Shown here: piece after piece, positions 46,123-59,759 of the stretch | Layout: each line of letters starts with the position of its first letter | Position numbering within the stretch: the stretch's first letter is position 1 | Source: Myxococcota bacterium | Lineage (GTDB): Bacteria > Myxococcota_A > UBA796 > SXON01 | DNA: 64,000 nt | NCBI GenBank assembly: GCA_040386535.1 | Contig: JAZKFH010000055.1 | Coordinates: forward strand, 32,001 to 96,000 | Direction: 5' to 3' | Program-made: the position numbers and the translations under genes | The notes under the pieces: model-generated | The model's database searches: none | What the model was told of the DNA's origin: nothing | Seen by the model: the letters and a program-made list of their open reading frames with translations, nothing else

Positions 46123-48513
46123 GGCTGCGCATTCATCCCACGGCGACCGCATCCGGCGCGAGGGTGAAGAAAAAGGTGGCTCCGTGGCCGACCATACCCT
46201 GGGCCCAGATCCGCCCGCCGTGCCGTTGGACGATCCGCTGTACCGTCGCGAGCCCGATGCCGGTCCCCTCGAATTCGTGCGTTCCGTGTAGCCGCTCGAA
46301 GGGGGCGAAGAGGCGGACCGCGTGGGCCATGTCGAAGCCGGCGCCGTCGTCACGGACGAAGAACACGCGCTCGCCCCCCTCGGTCCGCGCGCCGAACGTG
46401 ATGTGCGCAGGCCTGCGACCGGAGGAGAACTTCCAGGCGTTCTCCAGCAGGTTCTGCAGCGCGCTCCGGAGGAGCGTCCCGTCCCCTTCGGCCGTCAGTG
46501 CCGTCTCCACGGTGACGACCACGTCGCGAGTGGGGTCTGCCACGCGCAGGTCGGCCACGATGGAGCTCGCGAGGGCGCCGAGGTCGACCCGTTCGCAACG
46601 GAGCGCGCAACGCGAGACGCGCGAGAGACGAAGGAGGTCGTCGATCAGTTGGGCCATGCGGCCCACCGCGGCGCGGATGCGGCCGAGGTTTTTACGCGAA
46701 GAGGCGCTGAGCGCGTCCTGCTCGTCTTGAACGAGGATCTGGCTGAAGCCGTCGATGGCCCGAAGGGGCGCCCGCAAGTCGTGGGAGACCGTGTAGCAGA
46801 ACGTCTCCAGGTCCCGGTTGGTTTGCGAGAGCTCCCGGGTGCGCTCGGAGACGAGCTCCGCGAGGTGGTCCCGGTGCTGGAGGAGCTCCTCCTCGGCTCT
46901 GCGCTGCGCCGTAACGTCACGAAAACTCCAGACCCGGCCGACAACCTCGGCGTCGAGGCGTTGCGGCCGCGAGTACCGCTCGAGGATGCGCCCGTCTTGC
47001 AGGTGCAGCACGTCGAAGCTGTCCTCCTCGGGCCGTGTGTAGATTTCGCGGATGCGCACGGCGAAGCCCTCCGGATCGAGGAGCTGGTCCTCGGCGTGCT
47101 GCACGCCGAGCTCGTGGTCGCCGGTCTCGAGGACCTCGGCGGGGATCCGCCACATGGCGATGTAGCGCTGGTTGAAACCGGCGAGGCGGCGTGCGCGGTC
47201 GACCACGACCAGGCCCTCTCCGCTCGCCTCCAGGGTGGCCTCCAGGAGAGAAAGCGCGCGTAGGCGGCCGTGCTCCGCCCGCCTGCGCTCGTCGATGTCG
47301 GTGAGCGCCCCGACAATTGCCACGACGCGGCCATCGCGCACCACGGGGGCCTCGTTGACCTCCACCCACAGCGGATCCCCGGACCGGCTGCGCACCTCGA
47401 TCTCGTAGGCTGGCTGGCGCTGCCTCGTCCGGATCGCGCGCTCGGTGGCCTCCATCGCGAGTCGGTTGCTCGCGGAATCGGGCACGAAATCCGTCCAGCG
47501 GACCTTCGCCTCGTCGGGGTCACACCCGAAGAAGTGCCTGGACTGGGGGCTCATGTACGTGAACACCTGCTCCAGGTCGTGGGCGTAGAACATGTTGGTG
47601 CTGTGCTCGATGACGTCCCGGAGCCGCGCCTCGCTGTCCTGCACCGCCCGGGTCAGGCGATGGATCTCCGTGATGTCGGACGCGACACCGCCGACGGAGC
47701 GGGGCACACCATCGGGTCCGATGAGCGGAAACTTGGACACGAGGAAGGTGTGGGGTCGATCGTCCCGCGGGATCATCTGCTCGACCTCGACGACGCTCCG
47801 CGTCGCGAACACCTTGCCGTCCTCCCGTTTGAACCTCTCCGCGATCTCCGCCGAGAAGAGCTCCTCGTCCGTGCGCCCGAGGATCTCCTCCCGCCCCCGG
47901 CCCACGAACACCTCGAACGAACGGTTCACGACGGAGTAGCGCCCGCGCGTGTCCTTCATGAACACCACCGCGGGGAGGTTTTCGAGGATGGTAGCCAGGA
48001 AGCGGCCGCGATCCTCCTCGGCCGACGCGCCCGCCCGTGTCGCCAGGACCGTGGCCACCGGGATGCCCGCCGCGACCAACAGCCCGGGGAACGCGCGCAC
48101 CGCGTCGGCCCAGGCCATGGGCTCTCCTCGCAGGGCGAACGTGATCGTCGCCGTGGCCGCGACCGCCAACGTGCACCCCATCGCACGGACGAACGAGCGG
48201 CCCGCCCGGAGGGGCGCATCGAGCCGGAGGAGTGCCGCTCCGGCCGCCGCTGGGACCGTCGCCGCGACAGCGTGCAGCAGCGCCCACGCGAGGGGCAGGG
48301 GGCCCGCGAGGTTGCTGGCGAGCACGCCGACGAGCGCACCCACGAACCCCCAGGGGCCGAGGACGAGCGGTGCGGCGAAGACCACGGTGAGGGTCAGCGC
48401 GGGCGTCCCGCTGGCCGGCGCACCCGACGCGAACGCCGCCCCTGCCGCTACGACCGCGGACGCCAGGAGCTTGGTCGCCAGGGTGTCGCCGCGCACGGCA
48501 CCTCCGTCCCAAA

Positions 48514-51682
<3,169 letters not shown>

Positions 51683-51693
<11 letters not shown>

Positions 51694-52873
51694 GGCCTTC
51701 CCCCAGCTCGCTCTTCGCCAGCTCGCTCTTGAGGGTGAAGGCGCCCTCGACGACGACCGGCTCGCCGGGGGTCAGGCCCTCCGCGAGGTGGACGTCACTT
51801 CCGTGCCGCGACGCGACGCGCACGGTGCGCGTGGTGAAGGTGTCGGGCGCGGTCTGGACGAACACGATCGTGCGGCCCTCGACGTCCTGGAGGGCCTCGG
51901 CGGGCACCACCACGAGCGCCGGAGTTCCGGCGTCGGCGACCGCGAGTCCGAGATCCGCCCGCGCGAACATTCCTGGCTTGAGCCGATGGTCGGCGTTCGG
52001 CACCACCACCCGCAGCTCGACCGTGCGGCTCGCGGGCTGGACCACGCCGCCCACCCAGTCGACCGTGCCGGTGAACACCTCGCCGGGCCACGCGTCCACG
52101 CCGAAGCGCACCGGCTGGCCCTTCGCGACGGTGGCGAGGTCGCGCTCGTACACGTCGACGAGGAGCCACACCTCGTCGAGGTCCCCGATGTGGAACAGGC
52201 CCGCGCCGGGCTCCACGGCCTGGCCGACCCGCGCGTCCGCGGCGAGGATCTCGCCCGCGATCGGCGCCCGGAGTGGGAACCGGGAGGGGAAGTGGCCGTC
52301 GCGCCCGGCGTCCGGACGTACGCCCAGGACGCGGAGCCGCTCCTCGGCGGCCTCCAGCTCGCTCGCCGCCACCTTCAGCTCGGCCTCGGCCTGCGCCACC
52401 TCCGCGCGGGAGGAGACCCCCTGGCCCTCGAGCCCGCGGAGGCGCTCGGCGCGGGCGTCCGCGACCTCGCTCCGCGCCCCGGCCGTGTGGAACGCCGCGA
52501 CCGCCTCCCCGAGCTCCGCGGAGACGACCGTCGCGAGGGTCTGGCCGTTCGTCACCCGGTCGCCGGCGCGCACGAGGATGCGGTCGACCTGGCCCGCGGC
52601 GAGCGCGCTCACCTGCGCCTCGCGCCGCGGATCGAGCGTCACCCGCGCGCTCGTCGTGAACGCGCCCGACGCCGCGCGGGTCGACGCGGGGGCGATGCGA
52701 AGGGCGGCGACCACGAGGCCCTCCGCGGAGAGCGTCACCGACTCGGCGTGGGCGGCCCCCTCGTGCTCCTCGTGCTCCTCGTGCTCCTCGTGACCCGCTT
52801 CCTCGTGCGCGGGCTCCCCGCCGACCCGGGAGCAACCGACCGCGAACGCCAGCACCATCCCGAGCGGCCTCAT
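51683..52873 (-). CDS. czcB: CzcB-like RND membrane-fusion protein with His/Glu-rich N-terminus
   Basis: HEEHEEHEEHE, LRAPIAG, LKPGMFARA and GLTPGEPVVVEGAFTLKSEL motifs; lies between the TolC-like and RND genes. Confidence 0.9.
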
Positions 52874-54117
52874 TCCGCACCCCCGGGGATCAGCGCGTCA
52901 CTCTCGGACGTGAGCAGAAAGTCGATGCGCGCCGCCGCGATCGCGCCGCGCGCGTCGAGGTAGGCGCCCAGGCCGTCCACGACCTCGGCGCGGAGCAGGA
53001 CCGTCTGGAGCAGATCGAGCTCGCCCGCGCGGTAGCCGGCCTCGATGCTCGACAGCGCCGCGCTCGCCTCCGCGCCGAGGCCGTCGCCCAGCGCCGCGCT
53101 CGTCGCGTCCAGCGTCGCGTACCGCCGTTCGCTCGTCAGCCGCTCGGTCTCGGCCCGCGCCCGTGTCGCCTCGGCCGCGCGCTCCGCGACGAGGAGCTCG
53201 CCGCGCGCGGCCGTGACGCCGCCGCGGTTGTGCTGCCAGAGCGGCACCTCCACCCCTACGATCGGCCCCACCTGCGCAACGTCGCCGTCGCGCTCGTAGA
53301 ACGCGCCCAGCTCCACGGCGGGCAGGATCGCGGCGCGCTCGCGTGCGACGGCGGCGCGGGCCGCGTCCACCCGGCGGTCCGCGGCGATCACGTCGGAGCG
53401 ATCGGGCGTGGAGCCCGTGGTCTCCTTGGGGCCTGCCGCCTCGAAGGCCGGCGCCGCCACGAGGGGATCGGCCCCGGCGTCGAACGTGTCCGGGCCGAAG
53501 CCGGTGATCTCCGCGAGCGCGCGCAGCGCCTGGATCGCGGCGGCCTGAGCTTGCAGGTGGTTGGCCGCGGCGTGCGCCGCCTCGAGCCGGGCGAGCCGGA
53601 GATCGAGCGCCGGCGCCTCTCCGGCGTCTACCCGGGCCCCGGTGGCCTCGCGCAGGTGGGTGGCGAGGTCGAGCGCCTGGGCGGCGAGTTGGGCCCGTCC
53701 GGAGGCGACCGCGGCGTCGGCCCAGGCGAGGCGCGCGCGGGCGGCGGCCTCCAGGCGTGCCCGTCGTAAGTCAGAAGCGGCGGCATCCCGCTCGCCACGG
53801 GCGCTCCGGGCGGCGGCGAAGCCCTCGCCGGTCACCGAGAGCGGCTGCACCGCTTCGAGCTCGACATAGGCCGCCGCGACCCGGGCCTCGACGTGGGGGT
53901 TGTGCCGCGGTCCGCTCGCGGCACGCAGCGCTCCCTGGGCGGCGAGCAGATCTGCTTCCGCACGGGCCAGGGTGGGATCGTGCCGGAGGGCCGCGCGCAC
54001 GGCGTCGTCGGGGGAGAGGGGAGCGGCGGTCGCCGTCCCGGGGTCGAGGAGGGGGAGGAGGACGGCGGACGCGAGGACCAACGCGGCGGCGGCGCCGCGC
54101 GACAGGGAAAGGAGCAC
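52870..54117 (-). CDS. czcC: CzcC/TolC-family outer-membrane efflux protein
   Basis: Signal peptide and helical OEP repeats (VPLWQHNRG, GYRAGELDLLQ); ATGA-coupled to czcB. Confidence 0.82.
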   Translation of the reverse strand: MLLSLSRGAAAALVLASAVLLPLLDPGTATAAPLSPDDAVRAALRHDPTLARAEADLLAAQGALRAASGPRHNPHVEARVAAAYVELEAVQPLSVTGEGFAAARSARGERDAAASDLRRARLEAAARARLAWADAAVASGRAQLAAQALDLATHLREATGARVDAGEAPALDLRLARLEAAHAAANHLQAQAAAIQALRALAEITGFGPDTFDAGADPLVAAPAFEAAGPKETTGSTPDRSDVIAADRRVDAARAAVARERAAILPAVELGAFYERDGDVAQVGPIVGVEVPLWQHNRGGVTAARGELLVAERAAEATRARAETERLTSERRYATLDATSAALGDGLGAEASAALSSIEAGYRAGELDLLQTVLLRAEVVDGLGAYLDARGAIAAARIDFLLTSESDALIPGGAE

Positions 54118-54193
54118 GAGGGGACCTCGAACGGAAGGGGAGGAGCAGCGCGCACGTCAGGCGACGGCGCGGACCTGGGGATTCCGGTTCGGG

Positions 54194-54562
54194 TCAGGCG
54201 TTGGGGGGCGGGGTCGGCGGCGCGATGGCGCGGGCGAGGGGGCGACCATCGCGGAGGAGGGGAGCGGGCGCCTCGTCGTAGGCGGGCGCCCGGATCGTCA
54301 AGGCGTCGAGCCCGGTCAACGCGTTCAGCGACGTGTGGCAGCCGCACACGTGCATCATCGGCGTGCAGCCGTGCTCGTCGTTCTCGTCGCCGTGGCCCTC
54401 TTCTTCGAGGAGCGCTTCCCCCTGCGCGTCGGCGTGCGCCTCGGCGTGCGCAAAGTGCCCGTCGTGGGCAAGGTGCTCCAGGTTCTCGAGCACCTCCGCG
54501 CCGCCGGGGATCAACCCGACGAGGACCAGGAGCGCGACGAGGAGGCGGAGGAGGCGGAACAA
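54194..54562 (-). CDS. Small exported His/Cys-rich putative metal-binding protein (CzcI-like position)
   Basis: TTG start 54562. Hydrophobic N-terminus, then EHLAHDGHFAHAEAH...GHGDENDEHGCTPMMHVCGCH and a C-terminal PPTPPP. Confidence 0.65.
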   Translation of the reverse strand: MFRLLRLLVALLVLVGLIPGGAEVLENLEHLAHDGHFAHAEAHADAQGEALLEEEGHGDENDEHGCTPMMHVCGCHTSLNALTGLDALTIRAPAYDEAPAPLLRDGRPLARAIAPPTPPPNA

Positions 54563-54573
54563 GCGACCTGGGC

Positions 54574-56835
54574 CTATGCGGCTTTCGAGGGGAGGGCAAC
54601 CGCGGCGGCGGGCGGCCCTTCCGGCGACCGCAAGAGGCGGAGCGCGTTGAACACGACGAGCAGCGACGCGCCCATGTCCGCGGCGATCGCGCCCCAGAGC
54701 GACGCTACGCCGGCGAACGTCAAGAGGACGAACACCGCCTTGATGCCGAGCGCGAAGGCGGCGTTCGCGCGGATGACCGCCACCGTGCGCCGCGAATGCC
54801 GGACGAGCCAGGCGATCCGGGTCAGATCGTCGCCCATCAGGGCCACGTCGGCGGTCTCGATCGCCACGTCGGTGCCGGCGGCGCCCATCGCGATGCCGAA
54901 CGACGCGCGGGCCAGGGCGGGGGCGTCGTTCACGCCGTCGCCCACCATCGCCACGGTGCCGTAGCGCTGCTCCAGTTCCTCGATCGCGCGGACCTTGTCG
55001 GCCGGCAGGAGCTCGGCGCGGACGTCGTCGATGCCGACCGCGCGGGCCACGGCCTCGGCGGTGGCGCGGTTGTCGCCGGTCAGGAGCACGACGTGGCCGA
55101 TCTCGCGCTTCAGCGCGGCCACCGCGGCCGCGGCGTCGGGGCGCACCGCGTCGGCGATGGCGAGCAGGCCACACACGTGGGTCTCGTTGCCGACCACCAC
55201 GACTGTCCGGCCCGCCGACGAGAGCGCCACGAGCCGCGCGCGGACCTCGGGGGTCTCCTGGCCGCGCTCCACCAACCACCGGTGCGAGCCCACCCAGAAG
55301 CTGCGCCCATCGATCCGGCCCTCCGCACCCTTCCCGGCGACCGAGCGCACGTCACTCGCGGCGACCGGGACCACCCCCAGGCCCCGCGCGTGGTCGAGCA
55401 CCGCCATCGCGATCGGGTGCTCGGAGCGCGCCTCGATGGCCGCCGCACGCGCGAGGACGCCGCGCTCGTCGTGCTCCGCGAGGGGCACCACCTCCACCAC
55501 GCGCGGGCGCCCCTCGGTGAGCGTGCCGGTCTTGTCGATCGCCAGCGCCCGCAGCGAGGCCGGGATCTCGACGAGGCGGCCGCCCTTGAGCAGCACGCCG
55601 TGGCCCGCGGCGGCGGTGAGCGCGGCGACGATGCTCACGGGCGTCGCGATGACCAGCGCGCACGGGCAGCCGATGACGAGCAGCACCAGCGCGCGGTAGA
55701 TCCAGTCCTCCCACGGCGCGCCCACGAGCAGCGGCGGCAGCATCGCGACCGCGATCGCGACGCCGAGCACCACCGGCGTGTAGATCCGCGCGAAGCGGTC
55801 GACCCACTGCTCGGCCTCCGCGCGTTTGCCCTGGCTGTCCGCCACCAGGCGCACGATGCGCGCGAGCGTCGTGTCGGTCGCGGCGCGTGTCGAGACGACC
55901 GCGAGGGAGCCGCTCCCGTTGATGGTGCCGGCGAACACCTCGTCGCCCGGGCCCTTCGTCACGGGCACGCTCTCGCCGGTGATCGGGGCCTGGTTCACGC
56001 TGCTGGTGCCGGCGTCCACGCGGCCGTCGAGGGGGAAGCGTTCGCCGGGGTGGACGTGGAAGATGGTTCCGGGCGCCACGCTGGCGGGATCCACCTCGGC
56101 CTCGACGCCGCCGCGCACCACGCGCGCCTGCTCCGGGGCGAGGCGGAGAAGCGCGGCCACCGAACGCCGGGCCCTCCCGACGCTCCAGGCCTCGAGCGCG
56201 AGGGAGAGCGCGAACAGGAAGGAGACCGTCGCGGCCTCGAACCACTCGCCCAGCACGAGCGCGCCGGCCACGGCGATCGTCATGAGCAGGTTCATGTCCG
56301 GTCGGAGCGTGCGAACGGCGTACCAGGCCTTCGGGAGCACGATCCACACCCCGGCCAGGATGGCGACGAGGTAGGCCGCGCGCGCGGGCCAGGGTACGGT
56401 CTCCGCGAGCCCCGCGCCCTCCGAGCCGACGGCGGCCGTGAGCCCGGCGAGCGCGACGTGCACCCCGAAGCCGAGCGCCGTGCCCAGTGCGCTCACGACG
56501 ACGAGGGCGTCACGGAGGCCCCAGGCGTGCGTCTCGGGGGCGGCGCCCCTCGCATCGACCCAGGGCTCCGCGCGCATGCCGGTCGCGGCGACGGCCGACA
56601 CGACGGCGGCCGCGGAAACGTCCGCGCGCACGCGCATCCGACCGTTGATCGCGTCGAACTCGAGCGCGTCCTCCTGCACGAGCGGCCGGAGCGCGCGCCG
56701 CAGGATGCCGACCTCCTCCGCGCAGTCCATCCCGTGGATGCGGAAGTCGAGCGCCGTCGCTCCACGAAACGAGGCCGGCGCCATCGGTGTCACAGGCGCC
56801 GCGTCGCAACCACACCCGTGCTTCTCCTCGCTCAT
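54574..56835 (-). CDS. Heavy-metal P1B-type ATPase (CadA/ZntA-like)
   Basis: ATG 56835 (ATGA overlap with ArsR). GMDCAEE HMA domain, TGES, CPC, DKTGTLT, SEHP and GDGVNDAP motifs. Confidence 0.93.
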   Translation of the reverse strand: MSEEKHGCGCDAAPVTPMAPASFRGATALDFRIHGMDCAEEVGILRRALRPLVQEDALEFDAINGRMRVRADVSAAAVVSAVAATGMRAEPWVDARGAAPETHAWGLRDALVVVSALGTALGFGVHVALAGLTAAVGSEGAGLAETVPWPARAAYLVAILAGVWIVLPKAWYAVRTLRPDMNLLMTIAVAGALVLGEWFEAATVSFLFALSLALEAWSVGRARRSVAALLRLAPEQARVVRGGVEAEVDPASVAPGTIFHVHPGERFPLDGRVDAGTSSVNQAPITGESVPVTKGPGDEVFAGTINGSGSLAVVSTRAATDTTLARIVRLVADSQGKRAEAEQWVDRFARIYTPVVLGVAIAVAMLPPLLVGAPWEDWIYRALVLLVIGCPCALVIATPVSIVAALTAAAGHGVLLKGGRLVEIPASLRALAIDKTGTLTEGRPRVVEVVPLAEHDERGVLARAAAIEARSEHPIAMAVLDHARGLGVVPVAASDVRSVAGKGAEGRIDGRSFWVGSHRWLVERGQETPEVRARLVALSSAGRTVVVVGNETHVCGLLAIADAVRPDAAAAVAALKREIGHVVLLTGDNRATAEAVARAVGIDDVRAELLPADKVRAIEELEQRYGTVAMVGDGVNDAPALARASFGIAMGAAGTDVAIETADVALMGDDLTRIAWLVRHSRRTVAVIRANAAFALGIKAVFVLLTFAGVASLWGAIAADMGASLLVVFNALRLLRSPEGPPAAAVALPSKAA

Positions 56836-57185
56836 CGCTCCTCCACGACTGGCGGCGCCGGCACCTCGTCCGCGTGCCGGAGGGCGTCCTCCACGATGCA
56901 CCCGACGTGGTCGTCCACCAGCCGGTAGACGACCCGTTTGCCCTGCCGCTCCGTCTCGACGAGGCGCGCCTCGCGCAGGTGGCGGAGGTGGTGGGACATC
57001 GCGGTCTGTTCGACGCCGAGGGCCTCCACGAGCTCGCCCACGGAAGTCGGCCCGCGCCGGTGGAGCCACGAGAGCACGGACAACCGGGCGGGGTGCGCCA
57101 TGGTGGCGAGCAGATCGACCGCGCGCTCGACCGCGAGGTCGGAGGGGTGGACGACGGGGGAGGGGAGCGGGGCGCCGTGGGGCAT
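56832..57185 (-). CDS. ArsR/SmtB-family metalloregulator
   Basis: AHPARLSVL...SVGEL...QTAMSHHLRHLREARLV..RQGKRVVY..DDHV...H. Confidence 0.92.
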   Translation of the reverse strand: MPHGAPLPSPVVHPSDLAVERAVDLLATMAHPARLSVLSWLHRRGPTSVGELVEALGVEQTAMSHHLRHLREARLVETERQGKRVVYRLVDDHVGCIVEDALRHADEVPAPPVVEER

Positions 57186-57201
57186 CGGCTACTCTTGATG
57201 G

Positions 57202-57230
57202 ATTCATCATATGATGAATTATTCAGATGT
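57202..57230. promoter_or_regulatory. ArsR/SmtB-type operator in a divergent promoter
   Basis: AT-rich island with the perfect palindrome ATTCATCAT/ATGATGAAT (57202-57219), overlapping ATATGATGAATTATTCAGATG, which resembles SmtB/CzrA boxes. Confidence 0.7.
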
Positions 57231-57309
57231 TCAAGATTTTTTGTCCCACCCCTCCCAAACCTCCCCGCTCTCGTGTCAAATGCCGCTCCCCGCCGACCCC
57301 GAGGTTTCC

Positions 57310-58167
57310 ATGCGCGTGTTCCTGCCGCTCCTTCTCCTGTCTGCCTGCACCCCTGGCACCGGCGACAACGATGTCGCGCGCACGCTCTCCACCTGCGAGA
57401 CCTCGGTGGCCGACGACGTGCCGGCCTTCTTCCAGGAGCTCTACCGCTGCGTGGACATCGTGCTCGCGGGCGACGACGTGGCGATCTCGACCACCGATCT
57501 CCCGCCACACCCCAGCCCCTACTACGAGGAGACCCACCCCAACTGGGTGGCGTTCGACGACCGTGGCGGCGATTACCACGCCAACCCGAACATGCTCTCC
57601 GAGCAGGCGATGACGGTCACCATCCCGCTCGTTCCCACCCCGAAGGGCATCACGATCACCGACGACATGGTCGACCTCGAAGCCACGACCAGCCCCGAGG
57701 AATACCCGGGCGGCAACGGTGTGGCGCTCGACGGCACCCTCCTGTTCGCCGCGATGGCCGCCCCCGGCGACGACATCACCCAGGAGGAGTTCACCTTCGA
57801 CCTGTACCAGGCTCACCCGCAGAACACCGGCGTGTACCACTACCACAGCCCCACCCCGGGCCCCCTCGAGGTGCTCGTGGACGCCGGTTGGGCCACCACC
57901 AGCGAGCTTGGCTTGGCCGAGGTCGAGGTGTTCGGCATCATGTGTGACGGCACCGTGTTCCTCGGCTGCACCGAGCTGAACGGCGCGGAGCCCGACGCCG
58001 CCGACTTCGACGCGCAAGGCGGCCACGTGCACGATCTGCTCGGCGAGGACGGCACCCTCTACTTCGAGGACCGCTACCACACACACGCCTGCGAGGGTGT
58101 GTACGACCACGTGTTCGCGCCCGAGATCCAATACTACGAGGGGTGTGAGTCGGCGCGGCCGGGGTAG
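57310..58167 (+). CDS. YHYH-domain lipoprotein
   Basis: Lipobox LLLSAC; GVALDG, AHPQNTGVYHYH, GIMCDG, DAQGGHVH and YHTH motifs. Confidence 0.82.
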   Translation: MRVFLPLLLLSACTPGTGDNDVARTLSTCETSVADDVPAFFQELYRCVDIVLAGDDVAISTTDLPPHPSPYYEETHPNWVAFDDRGGDYHANPNMLSEQAMTVTIPLVPTPKGITITDDMVDLEATTSPEEYPGGNGVALDGTLLFAAMAAPGDDITQEEFTFDLYQAHPQNTGVYHYHSPTPGPLEVLVDAGWATTSELGLAEVEVFGIMCDGTVFLGCTELNGAEPDAADFDAQGGHVHDLLGEDGTLYFEDRYHTHACEGVYDHVFAPEIQYYEGCESARPG

Positions 58168-58797
58168 GGGCGTTTGTTTGGGTGGGCTGGGCGCACCCCG
58201 CGAGGACGCGGGGCGGGCGCCTTGCGGGGTCGGGCTGGCGCCCTCGAGCGCGGCCGTCATTCCCGGACCGAGCACGCGAAGTGGCTGCTGAGGCGCGGCT
58301 GCGCGGCTGACGAGGGAGCAGGTCGAGACCTGTGACCGAGGAAGCCGCGCGGCCTCGCCCAGCAGACGCGAGCGGGCGACGGGAGGGAATGGCGGTCGCG
58401 CTCGCAGTCGGCCGGCTGCGGGCCGGCCGACTGGCGCGGGCTTGGGGCGGGGGGAGGGCCTTCGGCCCTTGGCTTTTCCGTGGCCCGCGCCACCCTTCAG
58501 GTGCCCTTGCGCGGGGTGTTGGGAGGGGGGCGGGAGTGGTTGGCGGAAGTTCGGGCGTTCTCCGAAAGTGGGCAGTTCCTCGGCGAGCCCTTGGGGCGGG
58601 TCGGGCAACCATTGTCTTTCCCCCTGCGCGCTCATCTGTGCCACTGCAGAGGCCCGAATGGCGACTGGCGTGACGTAGTCACTGCCGGGACCGAGAGGGT
58701 ATCACCCAGCAGGACTGAACATACCTCCGATTCGCCGGGCGGTCAGAGCCGAGTAGCGGACTCGTCGGCAGGTTAGCATTCTTTTAAGGGCCAGCAA

Positions 58798-59394
58798 ATG
58801 AACCAGCTTCGAGAACAGACCATCGCAGGTGCTCATGTCCTCTTGCCGGCGGGCGTGTACAATTATCTTGGGCCTAAACTCCGCATCGTCGACGGCGAGA
58901 TCATCATCCAAGCTTCCGCCCAGAACCTCACCGTCACCGAGGTAGAGATGCTGCGCTGCCGTGTGAGGACCACGCGCAAGCTGAGCAACTTCGCTTGGCA
59001 CGGCGCTCGGATCAAGGAGAGCACTTTCGCGGGTAGGTATTCGGGAAACGATTTTGGGCAGCGCGTAGGTCAGGCGGGCGAGACCGGCTCCGTTCAAGGC
59101 TGTGATTTCTCGCAATCCGTTTTGGACGCGTGCCGGTTTTCCGGTCCCGAGATCACCGACAACGTTTACCCGCGGTGGCCGTGCTTCGTGATCCATGAGC
59201 CACTGCGCGCTGCCTCCGAACTTAAGCGCGTGCAATGGCCGGGTAGGGTCTCCATCATGATGAATCTGCCGATGGCGCCTGACGTCCGGGTGCTTGCGCT
59301 TTCCTCGGTGGATTTGGTCAAGCAACTCGGCGGGACCAGCGATCAGCTTCGCGCTGCCTTGGACACGCTGCCTCCGGGTATTGTGAGCTTCTAG
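58798..59394 (+). CDS. Hypothetical protein with pentapeptide-like beta-repeats (myxobacterial family)
   Basis: 198-aa ORF that is visibly less GC-rich than its flanks; YLGPKL, FAGRYSGNDFG, GCDFSQSVLDACRF and PRWPCF motifs. Confidence 0.55.
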   Translation: MNQLREQTIAGAHVLLPAGVYNYLGPKLRIVDGEIIIQASAQNLTVTEVEMLRCRVRTTRKLSNFAWHGARIKESTFAGRYSGNDFGQRVGQAGETGSVQGCDFSQSVLDACRFSGPEITDNVYPRWPCFVIHEPLRAASELKRVQWPGRVSIMMNLPMAPDVRVLALSSVDLVKQLGGTSDQLRAALDTLPPGIVSF

Positions 59395-59759
59395 CTTTCC
59401 CGTCCCGGATGGCCGAAGGTCCGCTCGCGGCGCTCGCGTGATGCCGAGCGGAAGATCGCGATTCTCGGCCACCCGGCTCGAAACCGCCCACCTTCGTGGA
59501 ACTGGCCGATGTGCCGCTCAGTTCCGCCGGGGACGGCGGAACTGGCCCGGGCGCCCGAAGCATAGCGGTGGTTCTCGATGGTGTCGAGGTGCGCCCGGGA
59601 CATGCGCCCCCCGTCGAAGAGACGCCGGGGGGACGGGGCCAAGATGGCCCGCGCGCGGGGACGCGCGCGGAGGCCCCTCGCACGTCAGCAGTCGTCTTCG
59701 CGTTACAGCTCTAACCGAGAAGCCGCATCACGATGGGTCACGATAGGGAGCAAGACTTC

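Noticed and set aside
52760..52810. Short tandem repeat (TCGTGCTCC)n, also GVEE repeats near 9665-9695
   Set aside because: These are coding low-complexity tracts (HEE in CzcB), not CRISPR or regulatory repeats. No CRISPR array was seen anywhere in the window.
58170..58680. Possible IS or element end after the metal cluster
   Set aside because: No terminal inverted repeats, target duplication or transposase could be identified.
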